The translations under genes were made by a program, and so were the position numbers. A model generated the notes under the pieces. It saw only the letters and a program-made list of their open reading frames with translations, made no database searches and was not told the origin of the DNA. A stretch of DNA of 63,323 nucleotides, filler included. It is 8 parts of 8 records of this genome, joined end to end, with 100 filler letters (N's around TTAATTAATTAA, not from the genome) between each part and the next. Parts side by side here need not be neighbours in the genome. Positions count along the whole stretch, not along the records: positions 55,982 to 63,323 come from SRR31156797_26500; 7 more parts are not named here. One strand, written 5' to 3'. Shown piece after piece: positions 58,458-63,323 of the stretch. The first letter of the stretch is position 1; the number at the start of each line of letters is the position of its first letter.

Positions 58458-59633
58458 GTGAGCGCCAATACCGTAATAGAGATACTGGGAAGGCCCTTGA
58501 GGCTGGGGGTGATCGGGGGCGCCCCCGGCAGCTTTATCGGAGAGATCCACCGCACGGCGGCCCGTATGGACGGCCGCTACGACCTGGTCTGCGGGGTGAT
58601 GTCCTCGGACGAGGGCAAGGCGGTCCGCGTCGGCAGGGAGATGGGCTTTAACGAGGATCGCCTCTACAAGAGCGTGGACCAGATGCTGGATGCCGAAGCC
58701 GAACGCCCGGACGGTATCGATATCGTCTCCATTATGACCCCCAACGACGGCCACTTTCCCTACGCCATGGCCGCCCTGGATAAGGGATTCCATGTGATCT
58801 GCGACAAGCCCATGACCAATACCCTGGACGACGCCAGGGCCCTCTATGAGAAGGTCGAGGAAACCGGCAGGATCTTCTGCCTGACCCACAACTACACAGG
58901 CTACCCCCTGGTCCGGCAGTCCCGCGCCATGGTGGCTCAAGGCGATCTGGGAGAGATCCGTCTTATCCAGATTGAGTATGTCCAGGGAGGCCGGGCGGCC
59001 GGGGGCGACACATCCCTCCTCTCCCGCTCCTGGAAATACGATAAGAAGCGCTCCGGCCCGTCCCTGGTGATGGGAGACATCGGTACCCATGCCCACAATA
59101 TGATCCGTTTTGTCACGGGTATGGAGGTAGCGGCCCTGAGCGCCAGGCTGGGACCCATCGTCCCCGGGCGGGAGGTGGACGACTACGGGGGAGCCCTCCT
59201 TGAGATGGAGAACGGCGCCATGGGAATGTACTGGGTGACCCAGGCGGCGGCGGGGGTGGAGAACAGCCTGAAGTTCCGCATCTCCGGCAGCAGGGGCAGC
59301 CTGGAATGGCTCCAGGAGATCCCCCAGAGACTGACCTACCTGCCCCTTGAGGGCGCCCCCAGGATACTGACTCCCGGCGGCCCCGAAACCCTCCCCCTCT
59401 CGGCCCGCTCCACCCGGGTGGTCAAGGGCCATCCTGAGGGATTCCCCGAGGCCTTTGCCAACCTCTATTCCGATGCGGCCGAGGCCGTGGCCTGTTCCAT
59501 CGCGGGCAGGGAGTGCGATCCCCTCAGCCTTCACTTCCCCGATCACAGGGACGGTCTGAAGGGGGTCGAGTTCGTCTACGGGGCGATCGAGTCCTCCCAG
59601 AAGAAGGGCGCCTGGATCAGGCTGGAGGATTAA
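58458..59633 (+). CDS. Gfo/Idh/MocA family oxidoreductase
   Basis: LGVIGGAPGSFIGEIHR, TPNDGH, ICDKP, GDIGTHA, GHPEGF; GTG 58458 with GAGGAG RBS. Confidence 0.92.
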   Translation: MSANTVIEILGRPLRLGVIGGAPGSFIGEIHRTAARMDGRYDLVCGVMSSDEGKAVRVGREMGFNEDRLYKSVDQMLDAEAERPDGIDIVSIMTPNDGHFPYAMAALDKGFHVICDKPMTNTLDDARALYEKVEETGRIFCLTHNYTGYPLVRQSRAMVAQGDLGEIRLIQIEYVQGGRAAGGDTSLLSRSWKYDKKRSGPSLVMGDIGTHAHNMIRFVTGMEVAALSARLGPIVPGREVDDYGGALLEMENGAMGMYWVTQAAAGVENSLKFRISGSRGSLEWLQEIPQRLTYLPLEGAPRILTPGGPETLPLSARSTRVVKGHPEGFPEAFANLYSDAAEAVACSIAGRECDPLSLHFPDHRDGLKGVEFVYGAIESSQKKGAWIRLED

Positions 59634-60625
59634 CCCAGCTCGGCGGCGACCATTTTGTCGATGGCCGTCACGGTTTCGCTGTCCATCGTCCACTCCAGAG
59701 CCTTCGCATTGGCCTCCACCTCGGCCGCATCGGCCTGGGTGGCGATAACGGACGTGATCTCCCGCTTGGCGACCAGGTAGTTCACAGCGATCTCCGGAAG
59801 GGCTCTGCCCTCCAATGCGTCCAGGGCCAGTATCTTATCCAGTACAGCCAGGTGCTTGAGTCGGGCCTCTCCCTGAAGCTTGGGATTGGCCAGTCTCACA
59901 TCCTTCTCACCGAAGACCGTATCCGCCGTGATCTTGCCTGTCAGAAGGCCCTGGAAAAGGGGGCTGTAGGGAAAGAACGCCAGCCCCTCCTCTCTGACCA
60001 GGGGAAAGACCTCATCCGCCGCACGGTACTGCAGCGGTATATCGTGATAGGATGAGGCGTTGTGCTCCATCATATTGAACAGGCCCTGCATGGACACCAC
60101 ATCAACCGTTTCACAGGCTTTTCTGTAATCATCGACCGAGAAATTGCTGAGACCGATATAGCGCGCCTTTCCCGACTCCCTGATCTTCCTCATAGCCTCC
60201 ATGGTCTCTTCCAGGGGGACATCCTTGTCTGTGGGCCAGTGGATCTGATAGAGGTCCACATAGTCCAGATTCAGTCGCTCCAGGCTGTCCTCGATCTCCC
60301 GCGCGATGCTGACGGCGGAAACATCGTTGTAGACCTGATACCCGTCCTTCCAGGGCAGTCCCACCTTGGTGGCGATAAAGACCTTGTCCCGCTTGCCCTT
60401 GACCGCCCGGCCCAGGATCTCCTCGGCATGGCCGCATCCGTAGACGGGGGCCACGTCGAAGAAGTTGATTCCCAGGTCGACGGCCTTATGGATCGCGTCT
60501 ATCTGCTCCCGGTCCCCATGGTCGGACCAGCTTCCCCTGCCCGAGGCGCCCCAGCATCCGAAGCCGAGGACGCTGAAATCATGATCTATCTTTTTAACTC
60601 GTTTGTATTGCATTTCTATCTCCAT
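59630..60625 (-). CDS. Aldo/keto reductase
   Basis: GFGCW, FDVAPVYG, ATK, DLYQIHWP, IGLSNF, YSPL. Confidence 0.94.
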   Translation of the reverse strand: MEIEMQYKRVKKIDHDFSVLGFGCWGASGRGSWSDHGDREQIDAIHKAVDLGINFFDVAPVYGCGHAEEILGRAVKGKRDKVFIATKVGLPWKDGYQVYNDVSAVSIAREIEDSLERLNLDYVDLYQIHWPTDKDVPLEETMEAMRKIRESGKARYIGLSNFSVDDYRKACETVDVVSMQGLFNMMEHNASSYHDIPLQYRAADEVFPLVREEGLAFFPYSPLFQGLLTGKITADTVFGEKDVRLANPKLQGEARLKHLAVLDKILALDALEGRALPEIAVNYLVAKREITSVIATQADAAEVEANAKALEWTMDSETVTAIDKMVAAELG

Positions 60626-60689
60626 TTGAGTTGATTTTCATCTGTCAGCCGTCCGACCCGCTCTCAGAGCGAAACCGCCCGGCAGTGGA

Positions 60690-62204
60690 TCAGACCCGGG
60701 CCATCTCGCTGTAGACCGGCTCCAAAGCCTCATAGATCCTGTCGAAGACGGGTTTCATCTTTTCGTACTCCCGCGCCTTGTCTCCCCGGGGGGCGATCTC
60801 ATCGACGATGCGGATAAAGCGGTCTATGGCCGAGAAGGAATCATAGATCCCCAGACCCACCCCCGCCGTTACGGCGGCTCCGATGGATGTGGCCTCTTCT
60901 ATATGATTGGGGATTCTGATAGACAGGTTGTAGACATCGGCAAAGATCTGACACCATACCCGGCTCTTCGCTCCGCCCCCTGTCATGACGATGTCCTTCA
61001 GTTCCAGATCGCCCATGACCAGCCTGAGGATGATCTCCAGATTGAAGGCCACCCCCTCGTAGACGGACCGGAAGATCTCGGCGCGGCGGGTCTCCATCTT
61101 GAGTCCCACAAAGGCGCCCCTGGCCTCGGGGTTCCAGCGGGGGCTCCGTTCACCCATCAGATAGGGAAGGTAGTAGAGGCCGTTGGAGCCGGCGTCCACA
61201 CCGTCCACCAGCTCGTCGAGGCGCTTGTAGACCGAGCCGCCCCGCTCCCGGGCCTGTTCATCCTCCAGGCGGGCCATCTGATCGCGAAGCCAGCTGAGGG
61301 AGGCTCCCGCGGCCTGCATGGTCCCGCAGGGGACATAGAGTCCCGGCACGATGTGAATCCAGTTGAAGGTCCTCATCCGGGCATCGTATACCGGTTTTGC
61401 CGAGCTGGTGGCGTTCCAGGAAGAGGTCCCCAGGGTGCAGAAGGCGTCTCCCGGCGCGATGCACAGGGCGCCGACGGCGGACATGGAACCGTCTCCGCCG
61501 CCGCAGATAACCTTTGTCTCCGCAGTCAGCCCCAGATCGGCGGCGGCTCCTGCGCTCAGAGAGCCGATGACGTCCGTCGACTGACGCAGTCCGGGCATCT
61601 TCCCGAGATCCACACCCACCGCATCGGCGATCCTGTCGGACCAGCGCAGGGCATTGATATCCAGGAGATTGGTACCCGAGGCGTCGGAGTAGTCGGTGAC
61701 GAACTCTCCGGTCAGTCTCTGTATAACATAGTCCTTGGCATTGAGCATTTTGTAGCAGTCGTCATAGACCCGGGGATGGTTGCTCTTCAGCCAGAGGAGC
61801 TTCGCCAGGCTGTAGGAGGCGCTGGGCCGGTGCCCCGTGATGCGGTAGAACTCTTCTGCGGGAATCTGCTCTCTGATAAAGGCCTCCTCCTCGGTCGCCC
61901 TCATATCGGCCCAGATGATGGCCGGATGGAGGGGAATTCCCGAGGCGTCCACACAGAGGCATCCCATCATCTGGGCGCTGAAGGAGAGTCCCAGCACATC
62001 CTTGGGGTCCACATGCTGTATGACCTTCTTGGTCGTCACTTTCACCGCTTCATACCAGTCCAGGGGATCCTGCTCCGCCCAGACATGGTTGTACCACTTC
62101 GTATCGTAGCTGTAGACTTCAGAGGCCACCTTCTCTCCGTCCACGGAGAAGAGGGTCACCTTGTTTCCCGACGTTCCCAGATCATGGGCCAATAGATACT
62201 TCAT
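60690..62204 (-). CDS. FGGY carbohydrate kinase (xylulokinase-like)
   Basis: HDLGTSGNK, EQDP, IIWADMR, SDASGT, GGGDG, PYLMGERSP, GGGAKS. Confidence 0.92.
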   Translation of the reverse strand: MKYLLAHDLGTSGNKVTLFSVDGEKVASEVYSYDTKWYNHVWAEQDPLDWYEAVKVTTKKVIQHVDPKDVLGLSFSAQMMGCLCVDASGIPLHPAIIWADMRATEEEAFIREQIPAEEFYRITGHRPSASYSLAKLLWLKSNHPRVYDDCYKMLNAKDYVIQRLTGEFVTDYSDASGTNLLDINALRWSDRIADAVGVDLGKMPGLRQSTDVIGSLSAGAAADLGLTAETKVICGGGDGSMSAVGALCIAPGDAFCTLGTSSWNATSSAKPVYDARMRTFNWIHIVPGLYVPCGTMQAAGASLSWLRDQMARLEDEQARERGGSVYKRLDELVDGVDAGSNGLYYLPYLMGERSPRWNPEARGAFVGLKMETRRAEIFRSVYEGVAFNLEIILRLVMGDLELKDIVMTGGGAKSRVWCQIFADVYNLSIRIPNHIEEATSIGAAVTAGVGLGIYDSFSAIDRFIRIVDEIAPRGDKAREYEKMKPVFDRIYEALEPVYSEMARV

Positions 62205-62206
62205 TT

Positions 62207-63181
62207 TTACTTGCTTCCCCTCTGCGCGATGACGGCGAATACGATCAGAAGACCGATGATCACCTCCAGGATAAAGGGATTGATTCCCAGAAGGACCCCT
62301 CCGTTTCTGATGGTGGCCAGAAGGATGGAGCCCAGGAAGGTTCCCACGACTCCCCCGCGGGCGCCTGTGAGGGCCGTCCCCCCCACGACCGTGGCGGCGA
62401 TGGCGTCCAGCTCATAGCCCGTCCCCGCCGTGGGGATGCCGCTGGAGAGCCTGGAGGCCAGCATGATTCCGGCCAGCCCGGAAAGGAGGGCGCTGGTGGC
62501 GTAGACATAGATGATGTTCCGGCTGATGCTGATGCCGCTGAGCCTGGCCGACTCCTCGTTGCTTCCTATGGCGTAGACGTTCCGCCCGTAAATGGTCCTG
62601 GTCAGAACGAACCAGGAGAGGCAGATCGCGGCGAGCCAGATCCAGAACAGGTTGGGAAGGGCCAGGGTCGCCTTGAGGGCGAAGTCGCTGAACTCCCTGG
62701 GCAGCCCCGTGATCATCTTGGCATCCGAGACCAGCTTGATCAGCCCGCGGACCACGGTCATGGAGCCCAGGGTGGCGATGAAGGGGGGCACCTTGCCGTA
62801 GTGGATGATGACGCCGTTTATAATGCCCACCGAGATACCGCAGGCCATGGCGATCATGATGCTCAGGGATATGGGGGCGCCGCTCTTGATCATCATAGTG
62901 GTCAGGATGCTTGTCAGCCCTACCACCGAGCCGACGCTCAGGTCTATCCCCCCGGTCAGAATGACGAAGGTCATGCCGATGGCGATCACCCCGTAGATCG
63001 ATGTGGAACGGAACAGGTTGAACATATTGTTGTATGTGAGAAAAACCTCGGACGAGAACGCCAGGTAAATCATCAGCACGGCCAGAACGACAGCCACGAC
63101 GATGACCGATGATCTGCTGCTGTTCCTGCTTCTGCGGAACATAGTCATCACTTTATCCGATGCGGATCTTATTGCTTCCAT
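62207..63181 (-). CDS. Monosaccharide ABC transporter permease (RbsC-like)
   Basis: GGIDLSVGS, PFIATLG, YAIGSNEESARLSGI, YELDAIAATVVGG. Confidence 0.93.
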   Translation of the reverse strand: MEAIRSASDKVMTMFRRSRNSSRSSVIVVAVVLAVLMIYLAFSSEVFLTYNNMFNLFRSTSIYGVIAIGMTFVILTGGIDLSVGSVVGLTSILTTMMIKSGAPISLSIMIAMACGISVGIINGVIIHYGKVPPFIATLGSMTVVRGLIKLVSDAKMITGLPREFSDFALKATLALPNLFWIWLAAICLSWFVLTRTIYGRNVYAIGSNEESARLSGISISRNIIYVYATSALLSGLAGIMLASRLSSGIPTAGTGYELDAIAATVVGGTALTGARGGVVGTFLGSILLATIRNGGVLLGINPFILEVIIGLLIVFAVIAQRGSK

Positions 63182-63197
63182 CTTATACCTACCTTAA

Positions 63198-63323
63198 CTA
63201 CCTTATGCCTGAGGCGAGTTTTATAAATCTCTGTTCGTCGTCGAAATCGCCGAGCGTATACGATTCCTTGTCGATGATATCCATCTGTTTCCCTTCGGAG
63301 ATCACCATGATCCTGTCCGCCAG
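63198..63323 (-). CDS. Sugar ABC transporter ATP-binding protein, C-terminal fragment
   Basis: Manual translation gives LADRIMVISEGKQM...IKLASGIR*, like the C-terminus of RbsA/MglA; lies directly upstream of the permease. Confidence 0.75.
   Translation of the reverse strand: MADRIMVISEGKQMDIIDKESYTLGDFDDEQRFIKLASGIR

Noticed and set aside
56204-62195. Long alternative ORFs (56204-57409, 58398-59693, 60903-62195 and others)
   Set aside because: Antisense to well-supported genes in GC-rich DNA with few stop codons.

Overview
This window is not one genome locus. It is eight unrelated bacterial contig fragments joined by seven identical 100-bp artificial linkers (N44-TTAATTAATTAA-N44). Taxonomic labels are inferred from gene style, synteny and GC content only. 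(1) 1-5951, AT-rich, Campylobacterota/Arcobacter-like: tandem ppk2, TetR plus quinone reductase, ABC-F. (2) 6052-14937, Fusobacteriota-like: secF, alr, rRNA methyltransferase, cvpA, lptF/G, M16 peptidase, dut. (3) 15038-28794, Bacteroidota: dnaE, trxA, rhomboids, mutL, K+ channel, gmhA, comM, T9SS protein. (4) 28895-36181, Desulfobacterota-like anaerobe: Bzd-type class I aryl-CoA reductase-like Q/N/O/M genes, a divergent AOR-family enzyme, an acyl-CoA ligase and a truncated old-yellow-enzyme gene. (5) 36282-41967, Planctomycetota-like bacterial microcompartment (PVM-type) operon. (6) 42068-49270, Arcobacter-like: rpsO, REC-REC-PAS-EAL, moaA, siroheme genes. (7) 49371-55881, Bacteroidota: PorE-like lipoprotein, GSIII, GS-like ligase plus kinase-fold protein. 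(8) 55982-63323, GC-rich, Spirochaetota-like: ABC-F, Ub-Mut7-C RNase, sugar catabolic cluster. The best candidates for undescribed biology are: the aryl-CoA reductase/atypical AOR cluster; the BMC operon with an uncharacterised aldolase-like gene at the signature-enzyme position; a PPK2 with an N-terminal integrase-Arm/AP2-like domain; and a gamma-glutamyl-amine ligase/kinase pair. I found no CRISPR array, rRNA or tRNA.
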